A DNA stretch of 64,000 bases from Vicugna vicugna (GCA_013265495.1 MU057744.1:1378356-1442355); one strand, 5' to 3'; counted from the first letter of the stretch, positions 19,333 through 32,250 are shown. Notes: generated by a model from the letters alone, not told the origin. Numbers and translations are program-made.

Positions 19333-22300
19333 AGGAGACTACTTTTGTTACTAAAATATACATTTCTTACTGCTGGAGAAAGCGGTTACAAATATGGAAA
19401 AGAGCAATGACCATTGCCAAAGCGAGCACTCCCTGGTGTATCTTTTTGATCTAAATTTCTTTCACTATCCCAGGATTTGGAAACATTTTGGATAAACAGA
19501 AATTCATTGTACAATAAATCAGAATCTTGATAGTTACCCCTTTCGATATATGTTGATTCTTGCTTAGGATTATTCTAAGACCCTATCCCAGGTGTCTCAT
19601 AATTTTGCTTTGCTTCGGAGTTTCCAAAGAAAATGCCTTTTAAAAGTTCTTTCCTACCAAAAGGAACGGTGATTTTCAAAATATATGCACAGAAGAAGAA
19701 AAGTTTTCTGTCAAAAGCAAGCATAGTCCTTGGTGAAGCCTGAATTGTCTGCTGTTTCCACTTTAAGCTTCTTAGCTGCATTTCTGTTTCTATAGAGCAA
19801 GAGCAGAGCCCAGAAAAGTAATTTTTCTTCCTTTGTAGAAACTTCTTTATCTGGCAGAAAATGGTAGCTCATCAAACCTGCAGCAGAAGGCAACTTTTCA
19901 ACTCCAAGTCAATATGATCAACATTACACATCCATCAAATGCAGGACTGGGAGTGATAACCTTAAAAAATCCTGCTAGGCAACTAGTTATTGATTCTCTG
20001 CCCAGCCTGATGGATGAAGGTGCGAAGGCGACAAGTGATGGGAGAAAACACCAACCCACCTGCCTGCCTGCGTCAGGCTGTGTCGGCAGGACTGCTGGCT
20101 CGAGAGCACCATGTGTGGGTTTACCAAAAAATTCCCTCATCCCCATCCACCAGAATCTGATCCCAGCAGAAGCTCTCCTCTTCCTCGCCTTTCCTTGGAA
20201 TTTTCAGAAAACCCCAGAGAACAATTTACAATGAAACTTAAATTACTTTTAGCCTGGCTGTTCATATGCTTGGGACCATTTGGAGGATGAAGTTTGGGAC
20301 TTATACTGAGAGAAAAATTGGCATGTTCATGGTATGAAGGAGCTCGTGGAAAGGGCTTGATTTATTTTGGAAATTAAGTTCTTTTCAGCGGTTTTAGAAG
20401 CATTGATTCCTATTAAAATAATAAATGTGCTAATTACAGTTTAATCATTTCACCTCATTAAGCCGTCGCCACGAGACCTCTCATTAGCCACACCACCTTC
20501 ACGGGCAAGAGTGACTATGGCTGTGGTCCCAGGACTCCTGGAGTCAGTCAGCTGCGAACGGGCTGAGCTGCCCTCGACCAGAACCAGAAGGGAAGAGGGC
20601 TTCCTGGCAGCAGCCTCCCCCCGCCCCTCCGGGTGCTGAGCGCCCTGGGGTTCTGACTTAACGCTTCTGAGACGCTCTCCCTGCCCAGTTTCCTCAAGGA
20701 GGATCGAGTAGCCGAGCGGCGCTGCGTCACGGCACGTGTAACTTCCTGTTACAAGGGTTTATTTATGTTTCTCTCCCCACTAGACTGTAATTTCTAGTCA
20801 ACACGTTTTTATTGAATACGCTAATGTATGATTGGTGAAAGTTATAAATGACCAATACTGTTCTGCCTATTTCAAGGCAATTAAAATTGAATGAACTAAA
20901 TGTAAACTCCTGATGGACCAAGAGTAAGCCTTAAGTTGCCTCGTGGAGGCTAACACAGTGGCTGGCACAAAATGGTGACGGTCTCTTAACTTCAAAGGGG
21001 CACGCTCTCATGGGAGGATTTTGAGCTTGGACAAGAACAGACTTGGATGGTCGTCTTTCCAGTTGCCCCCTGGAGTTAAACGCCTCCACTGGGGAGGAAA
21101 TGCTCGTGTGAATAACTCGCTTTGACTCGGACCCGGCTGCCTGACAGTAGTGAACTGGCCGTCGCTGGACGCGTCCCGGGAGAGTCGGGTTGTGTCGAGG
21201 TTGCTGGACCAGAGTCCCTGCACCCAGAGGACTGCACGAGGCTCCGAGACTCCGGGGGCCATCTTCTTCTTTACTCCGTTATTCACCGAGTGACAAGAGG
21301 GGGCCGTCATTATCGTCCAGCGAGGGCTCAGCGTTACCGAAGAAGCAACGAGAAGGTCTTGCAGCCTGAACTGCTTGTCGCAGCCAGGTGGGACGCCCAA
21401 CACATAAGTCAGTCCCGTCTTCATTGGTCCGTGTCTGCTGAGCCCCTCGAAAACGGAAAGAGACGCGTAACAGAAGTCACATAGCAAACCTCCAGCTGCA
21501 GCCCGTCCCCCGCCGTCCCCTGAACATCCTCGTGGTGGCTTTGTTGTGACGATCCATCTTTTCTGCCTCAGAAATTGTGAACAAACAGATTAAGGTAAAC
21601 AATTAACGAGAAAACGTTTCGAAGCCTCTGCTCCTGCCAGAGCGTGGAATCTGGCTGAGTGTCGCGTGTTTACTTGAGTTGATTGAAAGAGGGAGAGAGA
21701 AACTCATCTGGCACCAGGCAAGTCAGTCAGCGAAGTGTCGGGAGGGTGTGATCGTTTTACAGAGCAGTCCAGCTGGCTCACACTCTTGGTCTAGAAAAAG
21801 ATACTCTTTCATCTTCGTTCCTAAGTTAAAGGTTTGTTTTGGAAATGGTAGGAAACTTCATGACTCACTCTTGTTCCTGTCAAATATTGGCAAGGGGATG
21901 GCGGAATAAAGACAGACATGAATGGGTGATAAAGGGAAATCGGAAGTCTTGTGGGTGGGGAAGGGGAGCTCAGTGCCCCACCGCTGTCTTCTCAGCTTCA
22001 GCACCTTCGTCCGCTGATGGCGGGGACGAAGTCTTCCGCAAAGCTTCAAGACTTAGAAGCGCATCTGGAAGAGTGTGAGGGCGGGGTGTGTGGCACAGAG
22101 AATAGCAGTGTTCACGTTACGGATTTTTCAAGCTCTGACATCAGTATTTCATCAGAGAGGAAACTGGCTTAAGCGACTGTAAAGACAGCAAGGAAGGCGC
22201 CCCCGGGGTGGGGTGGGGGCGCAGGTGTGTCCCTGGGGGACGCCCCACAGTGGAGGGAGGGAGAGAGGTGTGCGTGAGCAAGAGACGGAGCACAGGAGGA

Positions 22301-22429
22301 TGAAGGAACAGAGAGTGTGGAAAAGGAGGGAGGGGAGGGGTGCGGGCGGGCGTGACTCCCTCTCTCTGCCCCTCTCTCTGTCCCTGACCCTCAGCGACCT
22401 CGGTTTGAGGCACTCCAGCCCCAGTCTGC

Positions 22430-23290
22430 CCCCACATCAGCTGAGGCACCTCTAAGCTCAGACCCCAGTCCTTGCGCCCCTCTGTCACCCCCACATCCAG
22501 TCCTCTCGCAGCAGACACCCCTGCAGACACCCAGCTCCTCCTCCACCCTCCCTGCCTCCCTGGTCCTTCCCTTCAGTGTCACCTCCGTGGTCTCCTACCC
22601 TCACCCCCCGGCCTGCTCTCTACTCAGCACTCACAGCAAGTCCTGTCAAATGATCGTGTTGATCAAAACCCTTCAGCAACTTCTCTCGTTCCCAGTCAGG
22701 TCTCAGTCCTGTGGGAGCTGGCCCCAGGTCTGTCCCCAGCTCCCACCGTGCTCACGGCCCGGCCTCCGTGGTCCTCCTCCACTGCCGGGCAGGCGAAGGG
22801 CTGCTCCCCCTGCTGGAATGCTCTCCGCATGGGGGTCCCTGGCTCACTCCCCAGCTTGATCCAGGTCCCTGCTAAATGTCACTGCGTGGAGAGATGTTAC
22901 CGCCACTTCGCAAGATAGCAGCTCCTCCCTCCTCTGTCCCGTCACGGTCTGGCCTCCGAGTCGGCTTTGTCCTAACACACGTGGCCGCCTGCTGTTCTGC
23001 TCCGGGTCACTTCCCTGTCTGATCCTCTGCTGGAGCATCAGCTCCACTAAGGCATTGCTGCTTTGTTTGCTGCGGTGTCTTGCACACCGTGGTTGTGCCC
23101 GGCACGTGGCCAGCCCCACCAACGTGAGCTGAGTGCACAGTGCAGCAGTCCCTCAGGTTCTGTGTCCCTGTCCTCCCTCCTGTGCCCGCCCTGCACCACA
23201 CGCTTGAGGAGAGAAAGTAGCTGTCGCCCTGTGTGCCCTTGTGTGCGCCAGCCGAGGGCACATTAGCAGTTTCTCAGTGACTGCTTGGTA
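22430..23290 (+). mobile_element. LINE-2 remnant
   Basis: 'ccccacatccagtc', 'tcaaaacccttcagc', 'ctggaatgctctcc' and 'ctgctaaatgtcact' occur in L2a order. Confidence 0.55.
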
Positions 23291-24524
23291 ACAACCACGT
23301 CTCCCAGCCGCCTTTTCTACCACGAAGTGGGACTGGGGGAGGGCAGGCTGTTCCCGGGGCTCTGTTTAGGGTTGTGATCCCAGGGCGCCGGAGGCTGGCG
23401 ACGCATCTGACAGTCACACTGTTCCCTTTGGTTTCCTATCTGAAGAGCTGTTCTGTTTACTTACAGCAAACGTTTCACAGTCAAAGACTGGCCTCCTCAG
23501 CCTGAAAAGGCCTTGGGCTAGTAGATGTCCCTCTCGGGAGGGATTTCCCCATCCCAAGTGCAAAGTGTGCCGGGGTGCCCCGAGGGCGCCAAGAGGGAAA
23601 GGGCAGCCCTTCCAGCCAGCGCACTCCCAGCTCACGCTCACAGCCCTTCACAGCTCTGCCCACTTCCGTTTCGGCTCTGACAGCTTCTCACTTACAGTCT
23701 AGCCCCTCGCCTGAGTATCTAATGTGGCTGGCAGACCAGGACGTGCCTTTGTTTACTGGGGGTGTGGTGGCAGGTCCGTGGAGCTGACACTGACTTTAAT
23801 TAGTGCTCCCCGAGGCTGTGAAACTCCACCACTTGAAGCTAGTGACACTAGAGCAGTTGGAGAATTTTTGGAATCCATCCAGTCCATTCTAGAAACCCCA
23901 GGAGGAGCCGTGATGTCCGTCCCTGGGGTTTCTGAGGCTTTGTTGAAAATAGTGACCCTGATGGTGAATGGTCCCACTTCCACTTCCTCCACAGCCCCAA
24001 GATCCTCCAGATGAAGCATTTTGTGTACATGCTGTTGAATTTAAACTCGTAATACAACTTGCTAATGTGGAAAAAAATTAATTAAACATCCATCCCAGTT
24101 TAGAGTTTGGCCTAAACTAATCATTTGGTTGTGCCCAGCTCGGTCTCTCAGATGTCTTTTCTGCCCCTTCTGCCTCTAAGGTGGCGTGTGGAGTTGGGGG
24201 GCTTGCATGCATGTCATGGTGGAGTCACGGCTGGGGTGTTTAGCAGCACTCTGGTCTTTGGGGGTGACATCTCTTGTCCATCTGGGAGCTGCTCACTTTG
24301 CTGGCATTTGCAGCCGGAGCCTTCAGCTGCACACCTTGTAAACTGGTCTCTCTGCCTGGTTAGGGCCTAGCCTGGACCATATCCCTCCAGCAGCCTGTCT
24401 GCAACTCCCAGTGGTCTGAGCCTGGGCATCAGGATAGCCTTTCAGAGCCACCTCAGCCCTGCTCCCTGACCTCCTCTGGTCAACCCCACCCTGCAGACTC
24501 TCAGCCACTGGGGGTCTTGTATAC

Positions 24525-25035
24525 TGAAGGGGAGCAAAATACCCCACCCTAAAATATGTCTCTTTGGCATCAGGATTGTCTTGAGCTGGTTATTTTTAAG
24601 CAACAGCAGACACAGGAGAAGCTCTGGAAATGAAACACAACTCCCCCTTTAGTGAGGAGCATTTCCATTTATAAGGGAAATCTCGATCTGTAAGGTTGTC
24701 TTCCTCCCTGTGTGGGGAAGAGGAGAATGACTGCGTCTCTGGGAAGTCATCAGCGGAGAGGGCAGCAGCTCCAGCCCGCGTCACAACCACACTCCCGTCT
24801 ACTGTGCTCTGCTTGCTGACCTCCCCTAACTGGCCTCCCCGCTCCCCTCACGTCTGCTTCTGTCTTTAGCTGGAGGTGGTGTTTAAGGTGGTGGCTTGGG
24901 CCATTTCAGGGCGCTACTCTGTGTGTGCGTTACTAAACTTCCACTTGTGCTTCTCCCTCTGAGCTGTCTTATTACTGGGGCGTCTCGGCCTAGAACCTAG
25001 ATGCGTAGGGGGAAAGTTGTTTTTCCTCCCCTGCT
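24525..25035 (+). mobile_element. ERV1-type solo LTR (MER34/MER39-like)
   Basis: Starts 'tgaaggggagcaaaataccccaccctaaaatatgtctctttggcat' and ends 'aaagttgtttttcctcccct'. Confidence 0.75.
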
Positions 25036-25243
25036 GCAAATCCCACTTAAACTGAGGAGGCCCAGTGAGTGTGTGCCCAAGGCCCACTCGCCTGACCGCC
25101 CTGCGTGGCATCCTGGATTGGTCCAGGGCAGCCCTCACTGGGCCCGCTCCCAGAGCCCCAGGTGTAGGGGGGAAGGGCACCCCTCTTATTCCCACAGCGC
25201 CTCAGAGTGGAAAGAAGGGATTTTTTTTCCTCCCTGTGGTCAC

Positions 25244-25625
25244 TGTATTAGTTTCCTGGGGCGGCCAGAGCAATGTACCACAAACTGAGTAGCCTGACAG
25301 CAGTGTGTTTATTGTCTCCAGGTTCTGGAGGCTGGAGGGCTGAGATCAAGGCAATCCTTCTGAGAGCTGTGAGGGTCCCTGCCCTTGGCTCATAGACAGC
25401 CGTCTCCATGTTCTTATGGCACCCATGCCTTGTAGCTGTCTGTGTGCAAATTTCCTTCATAAAGGATACCAGTCAGGTTACATTAGGGTCCACCTGTTGC
25501 CTCATTTTAACTTGATTATCTCTGCAAAGATCTTTTCTCTAAATAAGGTTGCATGCCGAGCCACAGCTGGGGCTTACGGACTTCAGCCTGTGAATTTGGA
25601 AGAGGGTGCTGTTCAACTTACAGTG
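25244..25625 (-). mobile_element. MaLR solo LTR (MLT1-like)
   Basis: 'tgtattagtttcctgggg...taccacaaactg...ttctggaggctggagggctgagatcaagg...cctcattttaacttgattatctctgcaaaga'. Confidence 0.85.
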
Positions 25626-26167
25626 GTCATATTCTGCCTCTACCATAGAGGAGTGCAGGTGTAGGGCTGTCCCCACCCCTAGCTGTCATGGGCAAAGGCA
25701 CTGCCTTTTCTTCATTAGATGGCTGACACTGCGACCCAAGTCATCCAGGCTTGATGGGTAACATGCCGGTGGAGGAGAGAAAAGTGCTTAAAAAACCCTC
25801 TATTAAAGCTGTAGCCTGGTTGCAACACTGTTGCCTTAGTAGTTGATCCTACTTTGCATGTCAAAAGCTGAATACTAAGTAAGTCTTTCTGTCTGCACTT
25901 TTTCTGTAACATGTTTGATCTTCCCCCAAGCATCCCCTCCTCCCAATTTGTGCCTGGATGCTCTGGACCAGCTGGGGAAAGGTCATGCAATTAGATAGGT
26001 AAAAAATCAGTTGTTACCCAGTTCTAAAATACTATCCCTGTTACCACGTGAAGGGTGGAGGCAGTAGCTTTGGAAAGAAGACACTCTTCTTGCTCTTTTG
26101 TTTGCCAGGCTGATTTTAAACCATTTATTAAACCCATAGATCCTGGTTTGCAATCATTTCAACTGAA

Positions 26168-26217
26168 GAGAGAACCTAGTATTCAGGTTGGAGAGAGAAC
26201 CTGGTATTCAGGTTGGA
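26168..26217. repeat. 25-bp tandem duplication (2 copies, 1 mismatch)
   Basis: gagagaacctagtattcaggttgga followed directly by gagagaacctggtattcaggttgga. Confidence 0.9.
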
Positions 26218-26390
26218 GTGAGAGATGAAATCTGAAAAAAAAAATTGTAATTCAAGGGAGGAATTGATTCAGGAAGTTAAAGAAGTTAGCTCAGTTTAAG
26301 AGAAAATGTTGAAAGCAAACGGAGACTGAAGATGAGTTGACTGGACGACTTTACTTAATTTTCTCCTCTGCCTCCCCCTCCTTTTTCACT

Positions 26391-26432
26391 TCTCTCCTCT
26401 CTCTCTCTCTCTCCCTTTCTCTCTCTCTCTCT
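26391..26432. repeat. Interrupted (CT)n microsatellite
   Basis: Directly visible in the sequence. Confidence 0.9.
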
Positions 26433-28194
26433 AATTTCCTTTTGCAGAGCCTGTCTTCAGGCTCTAGAACTGAGGATGGAATGATCATTATTTAGATTAA
26501 CTACCCATGAGTTAAAAGGGTTTTTTTATGCATTGATGCAGAGAGCTGACTAGAATTTGTACTGATTTTTGTTTCCATTGTTATTTTAAAAATAATATGG
26601 CACCACCAAATGAAAACTTCCGCTCATATTCCTACTACTTGAAAACAACTGATTTCATTTTTCTGTAATGCCGTCTCGGCATGCCCGTATACAGAAATAT
26701 TTCGTGAAGCTGTAAGCTTGGGCCACTTACCAGACGTATCTTCTTATTCTTTCGCTTAACTTACATCACAGGTATTTCCCCTGTGGCATCATTATAATCA
26801 TAATTGACATCCCATGACATCATCATAAATCATAATCATTTTTAATATTTGTGTCATGTCAACACATTGATTTCTCTTACTTTAATTAACCATTTTTCTT
26901 TGTGCCACAATCTGACAGTATCCAGTTTTGCAGTTTAACAACAAGAACAGTCACTGAACGTTTTGGCTCTTTTTGCCCGTTGAATTGGTGGCTTAGAGCA
27001 CATTCCTTGCAGAGGATTCCAGGGTCAATGATTACAAACACTTGAATTCTGGAGTTTTCCAAACAAACTGCCACACAAATAAAATTGTATCACATTGCTG
27101 GTTTTAAAATTTAAACTGGCTATTCTGTATGCCATTCATGCTATGTAAATGTGTACTTCTGTGTACAAATTAATCAGTCTTCCTACAAATAGTGCATGCT
27201 TAGCCCTGGGGAGCTCCGATCTTGTGCCTGAGGGCAGGATTTCTGTTCCCCTTCTGTCCCCTTTCAGTCCCAGGGACGCTCAACCTGCTGAGAACACTAG
27301 GAGGTGCATCGAGCTGGGTCTGGCTGCACGAGGTAGGCCGGGGAGGAGAGGTGGTGTCTCTGATGCACTGATGTCTTATTCCAGAATGTTCCTGTAGGCA
27401 GAAGGAGTGGGAGGTGTTGTCAAGGCCCGAGAAACAGGACCCAGCTGCCTCTCTGAGCTCTGTGAGGAGAGGGGAGTTTTCCCGTGGGGCCGCCGTCTTT
27501 CCTCTTTCAGGTGAAGTCACGGTTTAAATATCTCGCTAATGAAGTTCTCTGGAGGAGCAGAGATTGGTTTTCTCACCGCAGCCTGCTGCCAACTCTCAGA
27601 TACTGTCAACAGCTGGCAGGGCTGCCAACAAACGTGTCCAGAGATGGGTTTAAGAGAGAAGGAAGATGGAAATGACTCTTCCTTGCCTTCCTTCCTTTTT
27701 ATCTTTTCTCTTTCCTTTTTTAAGCATTAAAAAATTCAGAACATATTCCTTTCAGGGAAGAGCCAACTTTAAGCTGCACGCTTCAGGACAAGACGTGTGG
27801 CCCTGTGAGGAGCTGTGGGCAAGTTCCAGCTTCTGGCGCCTGCCCCCAATCTCCCCAGCCTTTACCCACTGAGACTAACTTCACCTGGAAGCCAGCCCAG
27901 GCGCCAGTGGGTGATGGAGGCAGGAGCTGGACTCACAGGAGCACACCTGTTTCTGATCCGCTGTGGAAGGAAGAAACTGTGGTTCATCTTGAAGTGGTGG
28001 GTGACAAGGCCAGGCTGGGCTCTCTTAAAGAGGTGGCTGTGTCTTCCTCCAGAATAGGCTCCAGGTCGGATGCGGGTGGCTGTGTCCCCCATGCATACTG
28101 CAAACCGCAGTGACATAGGCTCAGAGCAGTGCACACAGGAGGCACTGGGTAAAATGTGGCACAACGGACTCCTTGTCAGCAGTAAAGACCGTGC

Positions 28195-28900
28195 ACTACT
28201 GCATCACACTAGTGCGGGGTGAACCTCCAGGACGGCGTGCGGAGAGACAAAAAGCCAGACGCCAAAGACCGTGTGTCATGTGAGACCATTTACTAAAAAT
28301 TTCCGGGAAAGAAGAACAATGCAGAGATTGACAGCATATCATGATAACTGCCTCAGGCAGGAATGGGAAGAGTGAATGCAAATGGCCGTGCGAGAGCTCG
28401 TTCGGGGGTGGGAGAGCCCTAGGACTCCATGCTGGTGATGTCGCACCGCTCTGCACGTTTATTAAAAATGACTGCGTGCTTACAATGAATGCCTGTTTGT
28501 GGGCTGTAAGTTACACCTCAGTAAAGCTACTACCAATAAAACCTTAAAACAAACAAAACTCTCAAAGAAAGAAAGGAAGGTGTCACATCCATAAAGATGG
28601 TGATTATGAAATAAGAACACGTAGCTTTGAAAAAAGACTATCTTTGGATATCTTGGAAACAGAAAATGCAATTTTGCAAAAGCAACAAATTCTTCATTGG
28701 CGACGCCGGAATCAGGATGTGCGGGAGGGATAGCTCCAAGGTGCCGAGGGAAAAGGTGTGACCCGTACTTCTGTGCCTCGCCAAAAAATCATTTAAGCGT
28801 GGAAGTGAAATAAAGACATTCTTAGGTCACATGAAGTCTTGAAGAGGTTATTACCCATGGATTCCACCTCGAGAATTACAGAGGTTGCACTCCCGTTAGT
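28195..28900 (+). mobile_element. Old L1 3'UTR fragment (to ~28545) followed by an L1M ORF1-like remnant
   Basis: 'aaaagccagacgccaaagaccg', 'gtaagttacacctcagtaaagct', then 'aagtgaaataaagacattctt'. Confidence 0.6.
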
Positions 28901-29902
28901 AGTAAAATGTATTCCTGCGTGACGAACAGCCTTTGGTTAGAACCGTGGAGCTGAATTTGCGTGGAATAGTGATGTGGGGGGCAGAGGTGAGGGAGGTGGA
29001 CTTGCGAAGCCTGTGTATCTGAGGGAGATAAAAAGTGCATTAAGGATCCGGGTTTATGTTGGGGGCCTCGTTGGAACGCATGAAATTACCATTTTTGGTA
29101 AATAAAAAATGGCCCAATATTGGCAATTTCACACGGTTCAACCGGATCGATGCTGCTTCACTCTCTCTGTGAGGAGGGTGGGAACAGAACGATGGCTTCC
29201 CCGTCGGCCGAGGGAGAGGTGGGTCTTTCAGAGAGAAGGGACAAAGGTGGTAAAGTTGCTTTGGATGGAGCTCCAGGACTCACGCCCACCGGGAGTTCTT
29301 CTCTGGTGCCAGGAACCCACCCTGCCGGCCCACACGGTGCTGCAGGACCCTCCCTTAGCAACCGGGAATGTGAGCGGGGTGTAGGCGGAGAAGCTGGCCA
29401 CACACCCTAACCTCTAGGGGGCCTCCAGGTGCCCTGCCCTCTGCTCTCCAAGGGGCAGGGGCTCACATCTGCGGGAGGGGGAAAGTGGGGTCTTGGTTAC
29501 AGACCACCCCCCCTGCCCCCGTACAAAGGGGTGGAGCGTCTTGTGGGAGGAGTTAAAGGACCGTCCGGCTCTGTCCTGTGCTCCCGGTGGCTCTGTCTCA
29601 CAGCCAGTGCCCTGAACCGGCAGGGAGGGACAGGCTCTGGTTTGGGAGGAGGTGGCCCTCCATCCCCTACCCCTGACCCCAACCAGGGAAGGGCAAATGG
29701 AGATGAGGGCAGGGCCGGGAGAGGAGAGGCCTGGGGTGGGGTGCCCCCAGGAGGCTTCTGCTGGAGATGTACATGTGCTCTGGGGGGTCGTCCCATGTGC
29801 AGGCGCCAGGGTTCTGTAGAGAAACAGAGCTGGAGATGAGAGCAAGCTTTAACTCCCTAGGGAGGGGAGTTTGCTGCACAGACGTTGAGGGTGAGCTGCA
29901 TC

Positions 29903-30196
29903 TTTTTTTTAATTGAAGTAGAGTTGATCTGCAGTGTTGCCTTAGTTTCTGGTGCACAGCATAGTGATTCAGTTATACATACATATTCTCTGTCATATTC
30001 TTTTTCGTTATAGGCCCTTATTACAAGGTATTGAATTCAGTTCCCTGTGCTGTGCAGCAGGACCTTGTTGTTTATCTCCTTTATATACAATAGTGTGTAT
30101 CTGCTGATCCCACACTCCTAATTTATCCCTCCCTTTCCTCGCTTTGGTAATGGTTTGTCTTCAGAGACTGTGACTCTGTTTTGTAAATAAGTTCAT
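29903..30196 (-). mobile_element. LINE-1 extreme 3' end (lineage-type)
   Basis: T-run followed by 'aattgaagtagagttga...cagcatagtgattcagttatacat...gttccctgtgctgtgcagcaggaccttgttg...ttttgtaaataagttcat'. Confidence 0.85.
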
Positions 30197-30898
30197 CACA
30201 AGGTGAGCCATACCTTCTTAAATTCTGGGGTTTTGACCAAAATTTGCTGCTAAACAGCAGCAAATAAGAGCAGATATGGCCAGAGCTACACACATGCTAT
30301 AGACACAGATGCAAGGTTTAGCACGAAGACCTTCACCGTCAGCTGGGCGCCATCACTACGCTCCCCTCTGCCGCTGTTACCACGTTTCCAAGTTAGCAGC
30401 TCGGGGTCCTTCCACTCTGACTGCTGAGGGTAGGTCCTTGCCCCCCAGGTACTTAGGGGCCTGCAGGACCCTCCCCTCTCCCTTCCTGTTTCCCAGCTGG
30501 GAGGGGGTCTGGTCCCCGAACTCGGCCACTGGTTTTGGCCGGCTCCTGCTCCACTGGCCCGAGCCCTGCTCCCGGCTGTCCTGCAGCAGTTTTGGACAGA
30601 ACTTCCTGGCTTCTGACTCTGGCCCTCCCCGACACTGAGACTCTCTGTGGCCACCGGCCAGGCCTCTTCCCAAAGCCTCCTCCAGGTCAGGTCTTGAAGT
30701 TGGGTGGCCCTGAGTGTGACCAGATTAGCAACACCCTTGGACCCCGTGATGGCAAATCTGGCCCTGCTTGGTGCGAGGCCCTGTGCTCAGCGTGGCACCC
30801 CGCCCCCACTGAGATACCCCGGTCTGCTTTCTGACTTACCGACCGGAGCCTGAGAATTCTCCGCAGCTTACGTCTCTGCTCTGACACAGGAAAGGGAT

Positions 30899-31037
30899 CA
30901 GGCCTCTCTCAAGACCAGTGCAAAATGGAAGTAGGGGGTCCCTTGTTCAAAAATTTAAAAAATTTCAAGATGGAGAGAACAGAGCGTTAAGCCAAGCACC
31001 GGCCCTTCTGAGCCGTACACCCACGAGGCCAGCCCTG
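30899..31037 (-). mobile_element. MER45A-like hAT-Tip100 non-autonomous DNA transposon
   Basis: 'ccagtgcaaaatgg...cccttgttcaaaaattt...aatttcaagatgg...cagagcgttaagccaagc...ggcccttctgagc...gccagccctg' is the reverse complement of the recalled MER45A consensus. Confidence 0.75.
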
Positions 31038-31339
31038 GCCTCACTGAGCAAGAGGGACACAGCACGTCCAGGGGCCGATTCAGAACGGGGGGGCTAGGGG
31101 CCCGGCGTCATCCTGGACAGTGAGATGGGGTGGGTTTGCTGCAAAACCACACTCCACCCTGGCCACGTGTTCTTCATAACTGCATGTTGCTAAACGCACC
31201 CACTCTTTATATAGTGGGGGCCCTGCCCTTAGCCAACAGCTTTGTTACTGCCCCCGGCAGCTCCGTGTATGAGAGCCTTTCAGGTGGTGCTGCAGTGAAG
31301 AGCCCACAGTGGGTGCTCTGAATGCAGCTGTGGACGAGT

Positions 31340-31932
31340 TTCTGTTGCAGAGGAGCTGGTATGCTGCGACTGCGCCTGGGAATTTGGGCCTTTTGAGCAT
31401 CAGCTCCCAGACGGGCTTCAGGGGAGGGATTGTAAAGGCCAGGGAGGGAGGGGTCAGGGTGTGTGAGCAGCTCGTGCAAAGTTAGTTGTCTGGTGGATGG
31501 TGAGGTCACAGGGCGGGGTCGCCAGGGTTCGCACCACCAGCCCTCAGGCTCCAGCTGGCCTGGGGGCCACGTGCACACGGTCGTCGTGTAGTGAATGTCT
31601 TCCATCTGGTGGGGGTTTTAGTGTCTGCAGAACAGCCCAGGAGTGTGCGTCAGACACTTCTGTTATCTGTGTCCTTCAGGGAGGGACTGAAGATTCTGTG
31701 ACTCTACCATGTGGCTGGTCTGTTTTTCAAAGTGTCACCAGGTCTCCTGGCCCAACTGCAGTCCTTTGATACTTCGTGTTCCCATTCTCCCAACCATTAG
31801 CTCTTGAGCTGCCTTCTGTGACCCAGGGGGAGGCCTGGGAGACTAAAGTTCTTCTATGAACAAGAGGCAGGTGGGGGGCGTGGGTAGGAAGGGTCGGCCT
31901 GGGAAGGCCCCGTAAGGTCCTGCTGGGTTACA
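31340..31932 (-). mobile_element. ERV1-type solo LTR (MER41-like); left boundary uncertain
   Basis: 'gtgtgtgagcagctcgtgca', 'ttccatctggtgggggttttagtgtctgcagaacagc' and 'tatctgtgtccttcagggagggact', ending 'ggtcctgctgggttaca'. Confidence 0.7.
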
Positions 31933-32114
31933 GGGGGAGTAAGACACAGTTCTGGCCCCAAGGAGGTGCTGCCGTATAAAGCTGGCGGGTTGGAGGGCAG
32001 TTTGTTCTTGGGGAAGTCCAGCTCCCACAGGCTGGGGCAGGTTGTGCAGCGGGGGAGTGAGTGAGAGGCACGGGGTTGGCCACAGCCGCCCTGTCTTCAG
32101 TGGGACTCCATCGT

Positions 32115-32250
32115 ACTGGATTTGAATCCAGGCTCTGGGGGTACCTTGAGCAACTCACACATCTTTTCTGAGTCTCTGTTCCTCATCTGTAAAATGGAGC
32201 CAGTATCTCCCCACAACACTGGCGTCAGGATGAAGTGCTGAGTGAGAAGG
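32115..32250 (+). mobile_element. MIR SINE
   Basis: 'gatttgaatccaggctctg...accttgagcaa...tctgagtctctgttcctcatctgtaaaatgg'. Confidence 0.75.

Larger units (their letters stand above)
2653..22172 (+). pseudogene. Candidate decayed multi-exon gene (unidentified) or spliced lncRNA
   Basis: Non-repeat AG...GT-bounded segments, mostly with pyrimidine tracts, all on +: 5155-5363, 6924-7114, 8941-9023, 9155-9312, 13399-13433, 14723-14811, 19568-20331, 20998-21387, 21572-21594, 21895-21925. There is also a last-exon-like 21996-22172 (..LQDLEAHLEECEGG..ERKLA*) and a possible large exon 2653-3089 + ~4615-5075 split by the CLGN copy. Many contain stops, and I recognise no homologue. Confidence 0.35.

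Noticed and set aside
21008..21487. 159-aa minus-strand ORF as a gene
   Set aside because: No recognisable domain, and the splice signals around this block favour the + strand.
26168..26217. CRISPR-like direct repeats
   Set aside because: Only two adjacent copies with no spacer, in mammalian DNA. This is an ordinary tandem duplication.
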